Below are positions 17,994 to 27,383 of a stretch of DNA of 40,000 nt, piece by piece; position 1 is the stretch's first letter, and each line of letters starts with the position of its first letter. Both the position numbers and the translations under genes were made by a program. The notes under the pieces are model-generated. The model was given only the letters and a program-made list of their open reading frames with translations. It ran no database searches and was not told the DNA's origin. Source of the stretch: Pseudomonas phage Phabio; sequence record MF042360.1; one strand, given 5' to 3'.

Positions 17994-19457
17994 ATGGGAC
18001 TATACACTGAAGTAGTTGGTCATGATGACATGCATGATAACTTTAAAGGTAAGATCATTTATGCGAATGACTTTGCCACTAACACAGCAGAGGGTAAAGA
18101 AAGCTTTCAGCGTCACCTGTATTCCCACTATCAAGATGCCGATGCAATTGAAAACAGCGCAAGTTGTGAATGTGAGGCGATGACCCTTGCACACGACATT
18201 GGTGTGATCTGTGACAACTGTGGCCATCCGGTTGTATCTACTTCCAACCGCCCAATTGTACCATCCATGTGGTTGCGTGCACCAAACGGTGTTCCACGCA
18301 TGATCTCTCCATTGTTGTTGATCATGTTGTCTGGTTATATGTCCATGAAGGAATTCAACTTCCTGGAATATCTAATCAATACATCGTATCTATTTGACTA
18401 TGATGAAATCGTATCGAAAGAAACAAAACGTAAACTGGACAAGTTGTTGCAGAAGAACTTCCCACGTGGGTTGAATAACTTCGTTCAGAACTTTGATGAG
18501 ATCTTCCAGTTCTTGCTGGATTCGAATATCATCAATAATAACAAAGCTGACATGAATGCGTTTGTACAAGCAAACAAACATAAACTGTTTCCTCGTCACA
18601 TTCCTATTCCATCTAAGTTGTGCTTCGTTGTTGAGTCGACTACATCTGGTTCGTATATCGATAAACCAATTGCACCAGCTATTGATGCAGTGTTGACGTT
18701 TACCAGTATTGACCATAGCCCGATCCCACTGAAACCACAAACCGTTCAGAACCGTGTTGCAGGCGCTTTGCTTAAGATTGCAGAGTTCCATATCAACTAC
18801 ATCAAATCGCGTCTTGCACAGAAGCCTGGGTTGATTCGACGACATGTATTGGGCGGTCGTTTGAACCTAACTGCTCGTGGTGTAATTACTTCGATCAGTG
18901 ACCCGCATGATTATGATGAACTGCATATTCCTTGGGGCATGGCATGTCAATTGCTTAAAGCGCATTTGATTAACAAGCTCAAGCGGAAAATGCGATGGAC
19001 TACTCGTAAGTGTATGTCTCACATCTATGCACACGTATTGCAATACTGCCCGATCCTTGATGAATGCTTTAAAGAACTCGTTAAGGAATCGAAGTATAAA
19101 GGTCTGGCATGTACGTTCCACCGAAACCCGACTTTGCAACGCGGTAGTACGCAGCGGTTCTTCATCACGATCATCAAACCTGATCTGGGTGACAACTCGA
19201 TCAGTATGTCTGTAATCTGTCTGAAGGCTCCTAACGCCGACTTCGACGGAGATCAGTTGAACCTTACCTTGTTGCCAGACAATTACCTTGCAGATGCTTG
19301 TGAGGCTATTGCACCGCACACATGGGTACTCTCTACAGATGATCCGCATGAGATCTCTGGTAACCTCGAACTACAAGGACCGGTCGTTGAGACCGTGGTA
19401 AACTTTGCACATGAAGACTATCTCCCAAGCCTCGAAGATTGGTTGGCTGGAAAGTAA
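17994..19457 (+). CDS. RNA polymerase beta' subunit, N-terminal part (non-virion RNAP, phiKZ gp55-like)
   Basis: NADFDGDQLN catalytic loop, GVICDNCG zinc-ribbon half, LGGRLNLTARGVIT resembling RxxFSxRxVI. ATG 17994; the track start at 17928 would include the terminator. Confidence 0.88.
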   Translation: MGLYTEVVGHDDMHDNFKGKIIYANDFATNTAEGKESFQRHLYSHYQDADAIENSASCECEAMTLAHDIGVICDNCGHPVVSTSNRPIVPSMWLRAPNGVPRMISPLLLIMLSGYMSMKEFNFLEYLINTSYLFDYDEIVSKETKRKLDKLLQKNFPRGLNNFVQNFDEIFQFLLDSNIINNNKADMNAFVQANKHKLFPRHIPIPSKLCFVVESTTSGSYIDKPIAPAIDAVLTFTSIDHSPIPLKPQTVQNRVAGALLKIAEFHINYIKSRLAQKPGLIRRHVLGGRLNLTARGVITSISDPHDYDELHIPWGMACQLLKAHLINKLKRKMRWTTRKCMSHIYAHVLQYCPILDECFKELVKESKYKGLACTFHRNPTLQRGSTQRFFITIIKPDLGDNSISMSVICLKAPNADFDGDQLNLTLLPDNYLADACEAIAPHTWVLSTDDPHEISGNLELQGPVVETVVNFAHEDYLPSLEDWLAGK

Positions 19458-20514
19458 AGTAATTGCGCTGTTTGGTTATTTCTTTGGGGAATCAGAAACA
19501 CAGCATAAAGAGGAGAGCCCGTTAGGGGCTCTCGTTTCTGCCGCTGGCGTCAGATATACATTCCCAACTAAAACCGAATGTTTCATTGGATCAACTGGTC
19601 AGAAACATTTAAGACCAATTCAATTTGAAATGGCTTACGGTGGAAATGGCGAACCGTTACCTATCGCTATAAATAGCCTAGCGGATGATCCGAAATACGT
19701 ACAATGTAAGTACTGCGATATTTACATGACTCCAGTTGATTACCATAGACACATTGGTAATGTAAGTAACAAAGAAATCGCTACAAGAAATGACCGTATC
19801 CCTGGTATCCCAGCTTGTAAAAATTACCCGATCAGATCCGTATCGACTGAACGGGCCGTATGGGTGGGAGATGGATACAGAGAACTCTTTAGAGATGAGC
19901 GAGTAACTGATATGGCAATGGTAGAACGAATCCCTACGGTAAAGAATGAAGACGCAGAAGATCTTCTGACTGATCCTGAAAATCTAGAAGATGAACGTGC
20001 TGGTTACACCTTCCCTGAAGTAGGTTATGAACGTATAGATGAACTTGGTAATACATGGCGATACTTGGGTAAGAACGAGCGACTCGTAGAGCTACCGGGA
20101 CTGGATGCGTATCAAGATGCTTTGGTGCGACTGCATCGTCATCGGATAATCTCCGATGCGGTAAAGTCAGATAAGCCTGTAATGATTCGTTTTGTTCGGG
20201 ATAACTATAACGCCGAACCTAACGATTATTTCAGCGTAGAGTTAAACGGTAAGTTACGTAAGTTCACTTTGGAAGAAGATTATAAAAGCGATTTTCATCC
20301 GATGTTCCGTTTTACTAAAGGCATAACAGAGCATCGTCTATGTCATGATGGTTCTTGCGTAGCTTTGATTGAAGTTAGTTACGACGTCCACAGTTCTGCA
20401 ACTGTAACAAAAGCGACAAACAAAAATGGCGAGTTGACCGAATTCTTCTTACCTAGTACGCACGAGTTCTTTAAATACGTAATCGTAGAAGCCACGGCAT
20501 CGGAGATTTTGTAA
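19405..20514 (+). CDS. hypothetical protein with CxxC...H...H possible zinc knuckle; start uncertain
   Basis: Long ORF; QCKYCDIYMTPVDYHRHIG. Confidence 0.8.
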   Translation: MHMKTISQASKIGWLESKVIALFGYFFGESETQHKEESPLGALVSAAGVRYTFPTKTECFIGSTGQKHLRPIQFEMAYGGNGEPLPIAINSLADDPKYVQCKYCDIYMTPVDYHRHIGNVSNKEIATRNDRIPGIPACKNYPIRSVSTERAVWVGDGYRELFRDERVTDMAMVERIPTVKNEDAEDLLTDPENLEDERAGYTFPEVGYERIDELGNTWRYLGKNERLVELPGLDAYQDALVRLHRHRIISDAVKSDKPVMIRFVRDNYNAEPNDYFSVELNGKLRKFTLEEDYKSDFHPMFRFTKGITEHRLCHDGSCVALIEVSYDVHSSATVTKATNKNGELTEFFLPSTHEFFKYVIVEATASEIL

Positions 20515-21248
20515 TGAATTGGACATTTAATCCATTGGGCTTTTTTAGTAAGCAAGCAAAGTCTGTACCTACTACAACGTTTATTGAGGACGAGCCAGAA
20601 ATGATAGAAGAAGAACATAGCCCGGACGACTGTGTTGAGATTCCCCTTAATCACGCGCAATTGTTCTTTGATAAAGTATTTGGGACAGCTAGTGACGACG
20701 CCAAGATCACTCTTGAAAAGTGGTTCGAGCACCTAAAGAAAGAAAATAATCTTACGACCCAGGAAGAAGTGGTCGAGTATATTTGGGAGGGCGTGGGTAA
20801 GCCGGATATGGGTGAACAAAGCGATAAGAACTTTTTTGATAGTTCTTGGCAGGTTGTCCATTATGCTGTGATGGCAGTATGGAACTGGTACGGCGAATGG
20901 CGAGAGGAAGTAGCGAAGTACGTTGTATTCGAGAATATCGATGGTAGCTGGTTTGTAACCGCAGACCATCGTCAATTCCCTGTACAGTTTGGAGACCAAC
21001 CAAAGAACCACGACATCATTCCAATACCGTTCTATAATTTCAAGAACGGTAAAGCTATTATGCACATGAGAACCAATGATGGTGTTGTGTCTATGATCAT
21101 TGGAACAGACTACCGTATTAAAACGGCTTTGGATGAACAGGGCAAACATATTGATAAGTTCACTGTGAAGCGTTCTGGTAATGTTTGTGATCTGTTGGTT
21201 ATCACCACAACCCTGACTGACTTCCTAAGAGAAAACAAAAATGTGTAA
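20514..21248 (+). CDS. hypothetical protein (244 aa)
   Basis: TAATG junction with previous gene. Confidence 0.85.
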   Translation: MNWTFNPLGFFSKQAKSVPTTTFIEDEPEMIEEEHSPDDCVEIPLNHAQLFFDKVFGTASDDAKITLEKWFEHLKKENNLTTQEEVVEYIWEGVGKPDMGEQSDKNFFDSSWQVVHYAVMAVWNWYGEWREEVAKYVVFENIDGSWFVTADHRQFPVQFGDQPKNHDIIPIPFYNFKNGKAIMHMRTNDGVVSMIIGTDYRIKTALDEQGKHIDKFTVKRSGNVCDLLVITTTLTDFLRENKNV

Positions 21249-21618
21249 GATTACTTATGACCATACTTTTAAGCGCTGGTATAGTGCTGATGGTAAACCG
21301 GTAGTGTTTCAAGTAAAGACTGCTGGCTTTGCTATTGAGCTTGATAACGATACTACAGTTGAGTTGTTTATCAAAGGTAGAGAGTTCTGGATTACTGATC
21401 ACGATGTCAGTGATGGTAATACCTTTAACATCTTTGAATCCTTTAAGGGTGATATTCAACTATGGGAGTTTGAGATTGATAGAGGTCATCCTGCATATGA
21501 ATTCTTTAAGAAGGAGATGACTGGGGATGGTTATGAGTTCTTTAAAAAGGAAATGATTAAAGATAATAAGGTGTATTTGAAACCTCTTGATGCTACTGAT
21601 AATTGGCAACGTTATTAG
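21241..21618 (+). CDS. hypothetical protein (125 aa) with internal YEFFKKEM duplication
   Basis: ORF on the operon strand. Confidence 0.8.
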   Translation: MCKITYDHTFKRWYSADGKPVVFQVKTAGFAIELDNDTTVELFIKGREFWITDHDVSDGNTFNIFESFKGDIQLWEFEIDRGHPAYEFFKKEMTGDGYEFFKKEMIKDNKVYLKPLDATDNWQRY

Positions 21619-21678
21619 TAGTTTAAAGTTAAAGAATACTTTTCTGCCATCTAATATGTATCTAGGTGACTAAGAGCA

Positions 21679-21735
21679 AAGGAGGAAGGCTTTATTTCCT
21701 AAATCTCATACGCTAGTATGAGAAGCCTTATCCTT
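21679..21735 (+). terminator. compound stem-loop, possible terminator
   Basis: AAGGA..AAGGCTT [CTCATAC-GCTA-GTATGAG] AAGCCTT.TCCTT followed by CTTTTGAT. Confidence 0.6.
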
Positions 21736-21822
21736 CTTTTGATCTTAGTGTGTAACACTGTGCTACACTACAAGAGTGGAGGGGTGTCCAAAACACCCTG
21801 TAACGACTTAAGAGGAACAATC

Positions 21823-22017
21823 ATGCTAAGACATAAAGTTGAAAAGATTATTGAAGAACTGAATAGCAATAAGCTAAGTGCTAATACAGAGATCCTAATC
21901 AAGAAGATTTTAGTAGCAGCAGTGGAAGTTTACGAAATCCCTGGAACATGTGGTATTCGTTATTCCTTTGATGAAGCAGTAAACAACCCAGATGCTCCAA
22001 TTACTTTGGAAGACTAA
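21823..22017 (+). CDS. small hypothetical protein (64 aa, MLRHKVEKIIEEL...)
   Basis: ATG 21823 preceded by AGAGGAA; the longer track ORF starts within the hairpin region. Confidence 0.75.
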   Translation: MLRHKVEKIIEELNSNKLSANTEILIKKILVAAVEVYEIPGTCGIRYSFDEAVNNPDAPITLED

Positions 22018-22018
22018 A

Positions 22019-22333
22019 ATGTTTAAAGCAATCTGTCAATTCTTTACAAGGGGTTATAAACCTCGTTATGTCCCTAAGATCGATGCACTGAAAGCTTTAG
22101 ACAAAACAACCCCTGATGCATGGGTACTGGCTAGCGAGATTAATGCAATTCTTCGTGAACTGGAAAACCCCGATGGGATGTCTTTAGGGAGGCGTCAGCA
22201 ATTGGGTCGGATGCTACATGGCATTATGGAAATTTCTGTAGAGCATACTCCACGCTATGCAAACCCAAGATTGAACATTATGGCGGTAATGGATCAAGCT
22301 TTGTTTGATATTGGCTACTCTTACAAAATCTAA
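22019..22333 (+). CDS. hypothetical protein (104 aa)
   Basis: ATG 22019 directly after the previous stop. Confidence 0.8.
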   Translation: MFKAICQFFTRGYKPRYVPKIDALKALDKTTPDAWVLASEINAILRELENPDGMSLGRRQQLGRMLHGIMEISVEHTPRYANPRLNIMAVMDQALFDIGYSYKI

Positions 22334-22345
22334 AGAGGTTACGCA

Positions 22346-22717
22346 ATGCGTCTTGACTTTTATAATCACGGTACCGCACGTATACATTCAGAATATACCG
22401 ATCTACGTTTACAACCGAACTTCCCTCACTTTACTGAACTGGGTGGTGACGCTAAGATTACAGTTGACACCAATAAACGCCGTGTTGTCTTTAAGCAGAG
22501 TGGTCACGAACACGAATACAACAATGTTGATTTTGTTGTTAACCGAGCGTTAGAAGGTTATGAGTTTGAATTCAAACGACCGAGTCTTGGAGGCTGTGTA
22601 TTAGAGGTAAGCTTTAACTTTGCACTCCAAGGCATCATTGCTATCTATTTCACAACCCCTGAAACGGTCAGTAGAGAAACCGCAGAAACCATTCACGCAA
22701 ATGGTTACAAATACTAA
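22346..22717 (+). CDS. hypothetical protein (123 aa), tandem paralog A
   Basis: Similar to the next ORF: GG.a.I.vd.....VFKQ.G.E..Y..V...VN...E.Y.F.F..P. Confidence 0.85.
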   Translation: MRLDFYNHGTARIHSEYTDLRLQPNFPHFTELGGDAKITVDTNKRRVVFKQSGHEHEYNNVDFVVNRALEGYEFEFKRPSLGGCVLEVSFNFALQGIIAIYFTTPETVSRETAETIHANGYKY

Positions 22718-22729
22718 TAGGGATTTACC

Positions 22730-23098
22730 ATGGATCTGTTTTGCTATGACAGTGGCTACAATGTAGTTCACCAGGATAAGTTTACTCTCGAAGACAATAC
22801 CATACCACATATCTCGAAACATGGTGGTCGCATTTCGATTGACCTGCACCCTAAAGACAAGACAATTGTTTTTAAACAGGATGGGGTAGAATATGCGTAT
22901 ACTCAAGTTAGCTACAAAGTTAACTTTGATATGGAAGAGTATGCATTTAAGTTTCATAAACCAACCTCTACTACCCTGACTGTAGAAGTGGGTCAGAAGT
23001 TTGCTTTGAGGAATATTGTAAGTATGGTTCTTACACCATTTGATCGTGCCGATAATGAAAATCGAGCTATCATGCGTTCCAATGGCTACACACTCTAA
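22730..23098 (+). CDS. hypothetical protein (122 aa), tandem paralog B
   Basis: See paralog A. Confidence 0.85.
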   Translation: MDLFCYDSGYNVVHQDKFTLEDNTIPHISKHGGRISIDLHPKDKTIVFKQDGVEYAYTQVSYKVNFDMEEYAFKFHKPTSTTLTVEVGQKFALRNIVSMVLTPFDRADNENRAIMRSNGYTL

Positions 23099-23112
23099 AT
23101 AAGGGGAATACA

Positions 23113-23631
23113 ATGACCAAGACTGAAGACTTCAAGAACTACTACGATATTCAGGGCAACCTGCTGTCCGGTGACGTAACACTGAGTGTTGATCCTGAAA
23201 CACAAGAGACCATGATCTATGTTGGCGGTATCCGTGTGTTCCGTATCGTGGATAACAAAGCTAAGGTCAAGATTACAATCTACTCTAACGAAGAAGTTTC
23301 CCATTCTCAGGTAGTGGGTGCAGTGGTTTCTAAATCTCCAGAAGTGATGTTTGCTTATCAGGAATTTAATACAGTGGTATTGCCTGAGTTGACTAACTTC
23401 CGTTTGGAGATTAATCCAGCTAAAGGTAATCTTGCAGTCTTTAAACAGATGCCTGACAATAGTTGGGCTACAGCGGACTTGGGTGATACCAATCGGTTTG
23501 TTATTGCTGGCGGTGGTACTTACTTGTTCATGGTTAAACATTTCGAAGGCGAAGGTTGGACTTTCCAAGCACTCCATACGTTCCTTGGTTTGAAAGCTAC
23601 CCGCATCGATATTACAGTACAAACAGATTGA
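23113..23631 (+). CDS. hypothetical protein (172 aa)
   Basis: Long ORF in operon. Confidence 0.85.
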   Translation: MTKTEDFKNYYDIQGNLLSGDVTLSVDPETQETMIYVGGIRVFRIVDNKAKVKITIYSNEEVSHSQVVGAVVSKSPEVMFAYQEFNTVVLPELTNFRLEINPAKGNLAVFKQMPDNSWATADLGDTNRFVIAGGGTYLFMVKHFEGEGWTFQALHTFLGLKATRIDITVQTD

Positions 23632-23679
23632 CATCTATATAACAGGGATGTAAGACAAACGGAATAAGGGGACTTGAGT

Positions 23680-24294
23680 ATGTTGCAACAAACATACGGC
23701 GTCGACTTAATGGATATTGCAGCAGGTGGCCATATGGACACCAATACCGTTAATTGGCTAGCCGATAGAAGCATGGCCTTACGAGAGACCATTGGTAGTG
23801 TGGCCATGAATTGGTTAGATACTGCCAGATCTTTTGTACAGGTTATCGATACAAGTAGTGCCATTCAGGCATTGCGGAACATTACAAGTAAACAAGAAGG
23901 GATGTGGAACACTAACAACATCCATCAGTGTAGAACGATTGAAGAACTACAAACTGCTAACCCGGTACAGCAACGATACATCATGGCTGAACCACGTCTG
24001 CGTGATATGTTCTTAAATAACTCTGTTGAAGGTTATGGCGATTCCTATACCAACTTCCAAGGTGATGCAATCGGCATCAAGCAATTTGACTATCGTCAAG
24101 TAACTGATGGTATCATGCTTGAACAACCAGATGAAACATTTGTAGTTAACACGTTCTATGAAACCATTCCAGATGGTGACCTAGAACTAACCCTGCACCA
24201 GAAAGTGGATATCCTGCGTAACTGGAACATGGTTAACGTTGCACTCGATGCAGCAGAGATGGACCCAACCAGTCAGGTTGGTAACATGCTCTAA
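23680..24294 (+). CDS. hypothetical protein (204 aa)
   Basis: ORF followed by terminator; ATG 23680. Confidence 0.85.
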   Translation: MLQQTYGVDLMDIAAGGHMDTNTVNWLADRSMALRETIGSVAMNWLDTARSFVQVIDTSSAIQALRNITSKQEGMWNTNNIHQCRTIEELQTANPVQQRYIMAEPRLRDMFLNNSVEGYGDSYTNFQGDAIGIKQFDYRQVTDGIMLEQPDETFVVNTFYETIPDGDLELTLHQKVDILRNWNMVNVALDAAEMDPTSQVGNML

Positions 24295-24304
24295 CAGCAT
24301 AAAT

Positions 24305-24324
24305 GCCTCTCCTTCGGGAGAGGC
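24305..24324 (+). terminator. hairpin terminator
   Basis: GCCTCTCC-TTCG-GGAGAGGC followed by TTTATAA. Confidence 0.8.
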
Positions 24325-24349
24325 TTTATAACCTAATGGGGAAATACCA

Positions 24350-24784
24350 ATGTCGTATACGAGTCTTAATGAATACCCGTCTGATGTAACTGGCCTAATG
24401 GTTTCCAGGTTACGTGATCCCAATAAGACCATGTTGTTTTATCGTAATAACAAAGGTGTCTTTGCCTTTGAAGGTAATCCCGATCTATCGGAAAAGGATC
24501 ATTATACACGCAACTTGTTTTCACCCGATGCCATGCGTAATCTAATCATGAAAGGAAACGGTGCATATACCACCCCTATTAAACATGCGGTGATTCTACA
24601 TGACGGGAAAAAGTATCTACTACCATGGGAAAGCATTGCACACATGACATATGTCTGTCGTGAGATCTGGTTGGATAAAGGCGAAGATGGTTTTGAAGAA
24701 GTGAATGTACTGGAACTCCCTGAAGACCATCCTGGTACTTTGTTCTTCGTTAAAGAAGTCACTGGTATTTCGGTTAAAAGGTGA
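24350..24784 (+). CDS. hypothetical protein (144 aa)
   Basis: ORF in operon. Confidence 0.85.
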   Translation: MSYTSLNEYPSDVTGLMVSRLRDPNKTMLFYRNNKGVFAFEGNPDLSEKDHYTRNLFSPDAMRNLIMKGNGAYTTPIKHAVILHDGKKYLLPWESIAHMTYVCREIWLDKGEDGFEEVNVLELPEDHPGTLFFVKEVTGISVKR

Positions 24785-24787
24785 GTT

Positions 24788-25105
24788 ATGAAATTACCTA
24801 AAAAGGCACTACGTCGTAACACCGTGGTCATTCATAAAGACGGTACATTCTACGGTCGAGTTATCCGTGTTCTCCCAGATGGTAATATTTTCTGGTTGAA
24901 CTCGGGGAAGCATTTTATTATATCTAAACCAGAAGATCTTCAGACTGGTTATAAAGGTTGTAAAATGTATCGCGGAGTTCGTGAACAAGTATTAGCTTTT
25001 ATTCACATGACTACGTTGCGTCACTTGAAGAAGAAAGCTCAGCGATTCCATTATGAATACGCACACAATACACCACTTGATTATCACTTCATCCAACGGA
25101 TGTAA
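24788..25105 (+). CDS. hypothetical protein (105 aa), SH3-like beta-strand pattern
   Basis: NTVVIHKDGTFYGRVIRVLPDGNIFWLNSGKHFI. Confidence 0.75.
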   Translation: MKLPKKALRRNTVVIHKDGTFYGRVIRVLPDGNIFWLNSGKHFIISKPEDLQTGYKGCKMYRGVREQVLAFIHMTTLRHLKKKAQRFHYEYAHNTPLDYHFIQRM

Positions 25106-25106
25106 T

Positions 25107-25421
25107 ATGACTATCCCTCAAACAGCATTAGATCAATGGCTGGTTGATAAAGGTATTCGCTCCGCTTATGAAGTTAATTCAGGCGACTGTGAAAACTTTG
25201 CAATGGATCACCAAGAATATATACCGGGCAGCGAAATAATAGGTACTGACAACATGCTAGGTTGGGACACAGATTATCCTGGTCACATCTGGTTGTTTGA
25301 CGGTTCCAAACACTACGATAGCGAAGCCCTCGAAGGAGTGGTTGACTATCTAGACCTACCTATCTTCAAAAGGTATATTAATCGGAGTTCTACGAATGAC
25401 GCAGGTAACGTATCACTTTAA
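25107..25421 (+). CDS. hypothetical protein (104 aa)
   Basis: ATG 25107 adjacent to previous stop. Confidence 0.75.
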   Translation: MTIPQTALDQWLVDKGIRSAYEVNSGDCENFAMDHQEYIPGSEIIGTDNMLGWDTDYPGHIWLFDGSKHYDSEALEGVVDYLDLPIFKRYINRSSTNDAGNVSL

Positions 25422-25788
25422 GAAAGAGCAAGAAGGCTGGATCGTTTACGACCATCAGTTTGGTGGTGGTGATAAACCAGTCACTAAAGAGTTTATGAAG
25501 GAAACCCTCTACGATCGCTTCCAAGCCATTCTACCAGACGACATGCATAATGTCGTAGACAAGTGTCGCATGAAGCTTCCAGCGTACTTACAGTTCGATG
25601 GACACAAGGTTAATAGCGATGCAGGTCAACTTGATACGACTCTGGAACTCTACATCCGTAAGAACCAGATCGAAGCTGTTTGCGTGATGGTTCAAGGTAG
25701 CCAAGGTTCAGTAGCCCGTGTACCAACTAACCAGTTCAGTCTGGTGTTGCCGTATATGGATCTTCTACCGTCCGAGAAAGTACAATGA
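25396..25788 (+). CDS. hypothetical protein (130 aa)
   Basis: ORF followed by terminator. Confidence 0.8.
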   Translation: MTQVTYHFKKEQEGWIVYDHQFGGGDKPVTKEFMKETLYDRFQAILPDDMHNVVDKCRMKLPAYLQFDGHKVNSDAGQLDTTLELYIRKNQIEAVCVMVQGSQGSVARVPTNQFSLVLPYMDLLPSEKVQ

Positions 25789-25797
25789 TGTGATCTT

Positions 25798-25817
25798 GGG
25801 GAGCCTTCGGGTTCCCC
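25798..25817 (+). terminator. hairpin terminator
   Basis: GGGGAGCC-TTCG-GGTTCCCC then T-run at 25830-25837. Confidence 0.85.
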
Positions 25818-25847
25818 ATACTACCCTCATTTTTTTTGGTATTTTTC

Positions 25848-26264
25848 ATGGCTAAAATGATTCCAACTATGCAAGCCGTAGGTTGGGTTGGTGATTTAGC
25901 TAACGCAGCTGATTCCATCCTTGCCGCATTCCTCACAACAAATACACATATGTCAGTATTACATCGGAGTCAAAATACTTCGATGCAGAATATTCTGAAA
26001 GAAACTGCTGGTGACATGATCGAATTACAAGACCAACTACAAACTAACCTGCAAGCTAAATTGCAAACAGTATTCGGTGATAACGCCGTTGCTGTGGTTA
26101 CTGTAGATGCACTGGCTAATAAACCAGATCAGTTCAACATTCGATTCACCGGTACAGTCTATGACAATTCAGGTAAAGCCTTTACTGTAGGCAAGCTTGT
26201 TAAGTTCCTAGATTCCAAGATCATACAAATTGCCGATATCAACAACGGAGAACCAACACAATGA
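25848..26264 (+). CDS. hypothetical protein (138 aa)
   Basis: ATG 25848; ATGA overlap with next gene. Confidence 0.8.
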   Translation: MAKMIPTMQAVGWVGDLANAADSILAAFLTTNTHMSVLHRSQNTSMQNILKETAGDMIELQDQLQTNLQAKLQTVFGDNAVAVVTVDALANKPDQFNIRFTGTVYDNSGKAFTVGKLVKFLDSKIIQIADINNGEPTQ

Positions 26265-26767
26265 CCGATCAAGCTCAGCAAAACGATGCACAATCGATTC
26301 AGATCGAACGTCTGCAACGTACCATCGAACAACTTAAAACCCGCGCTGAAAGTCAGGAAGAAGTAGTTAAAGCTATTCTTGAAACCATGAAGAAAGGCGA
26401 GACCCTTTTCGAATTGCGTTGCAGTCGTGTATTGCTTGACATCTTTAAAGGTTTGACCCATAACCTCGAACACAGTATCGAACATGCTCAAGAAGATTTC
26501 CGTCTTCAAGAACAAGGTTTTGATATCGTTGTAATCGATGGTAAAACCAACAAAGAAAACCCAGCTTCTATTCTGGTGCGTAAGACTGAGAAAGGTTACG
26601 ACTATTCTCCAGCAGCCGATCCAGAAAATGTCATGAACGAAAACACTGCTGCCTTCAGCATGTACTTCGATCGTAACCCACAGATCTTCGGTGACGCAAC
26701 TGAACTGTTGGTGAACATCAAAGTTCTGACTCGTCCACCACAAGCGGAAGAGGCAAGTAATGGCTGA
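26261..26767 (+). CDS. hypothetical protein (168 aa)
   Basis: ORF in operon. Confidence 0.85.
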   Translation: MTDQAQQNDAQSIQIERLQRTIEQLKTRAESQEEVVKAILETMKKGETLFELRCSRVLLDIFKGLTHNLEHSIEHAQEDFRLQEQGFDIVVIDGKTNKENPASILVRKTEKGYDYSPAADPENVMNENTAAFSMYFDRNPQIFGDATELLVNIKVLTRPPQAEEASNG

Positions 26768-27383
26768 TATGATCGATAAAGAGGGCGTAAGGGATAGTAG
26801 TGCTTACCGTCTAGATGATATCGGTTCTGCACTATCTGCCATTACCCACGCTGTAGAAATCCGTCTTCCTATTGTGACAGAAGACAAGTTCATTAAAGAT
26901 GTATTGCCAATCCTACAACATCCTTGGTCCGAAGAGAACCTGTTGCGTTGGCTCAAGATCGTTAAAGAACCAATGAACCCATTGCGTGTAGCTGGTAAAG
27001 GAGAGGGTAACGAGACTGTTGTATTGTTTACAGTACCTGCATTGTACCCACGACCAGCTTCCACAACTTCTAAGCCTGGCGAAGTATCGCCAAGGCAGCT
27101 GATTGATTACGTCAAGAATGAGAATGACCGAGGGAACCATGAGTACGATCACTACGTACCTGAATTCCTTTTCTCAATCGCAGGCCATGGCGATATCACA
27201 GAAGAAGTACTTAAACCGCTTGCACACATCCTTGCTCGTTATGATCGTACCTTTACGGACATTGCTGGTAAACCACTCTACGACTTAGGTCCTAACAAAG
27301 TGGGAGGTGTTGCAGGCAAAACCGAATACCCCCCAATGAGTGGGGAAAACTTTGTGAGTAGTGGTTTTAGAGATGAAGACTGA
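26760..27383 (+). CDS. hypothetical protein (207 aa)
   Basis: ORF in operon. Confidence 0.85.
   Translation: MADMIDKEGVRDSSAYRLDDIGSALSAITHAVEIRLPIVTEDKFIKDVLPILQHPWSEENLLRWLKIVKEPMNPLRVAGKGEGNETVVLFTVPALYPRPASTTSKPGEVSPRQLIDYVKNENDRGNHEYDHYVPEFLFSIAGHGDITEEVLKPLAHILARYDRTFTDIAGKPLYDLGPNKVGGVAGKTEYPPMSGENFVSSGFRDED

Noticed and set aside
21718-21822. N-terminal extension MRSLILLLILVCNTVLH... as a signal peptide
   Set aside because: The ORF extension starts within a hairpin and lacks an RBS; ATG 21823 with AGAGGAA is the better start.
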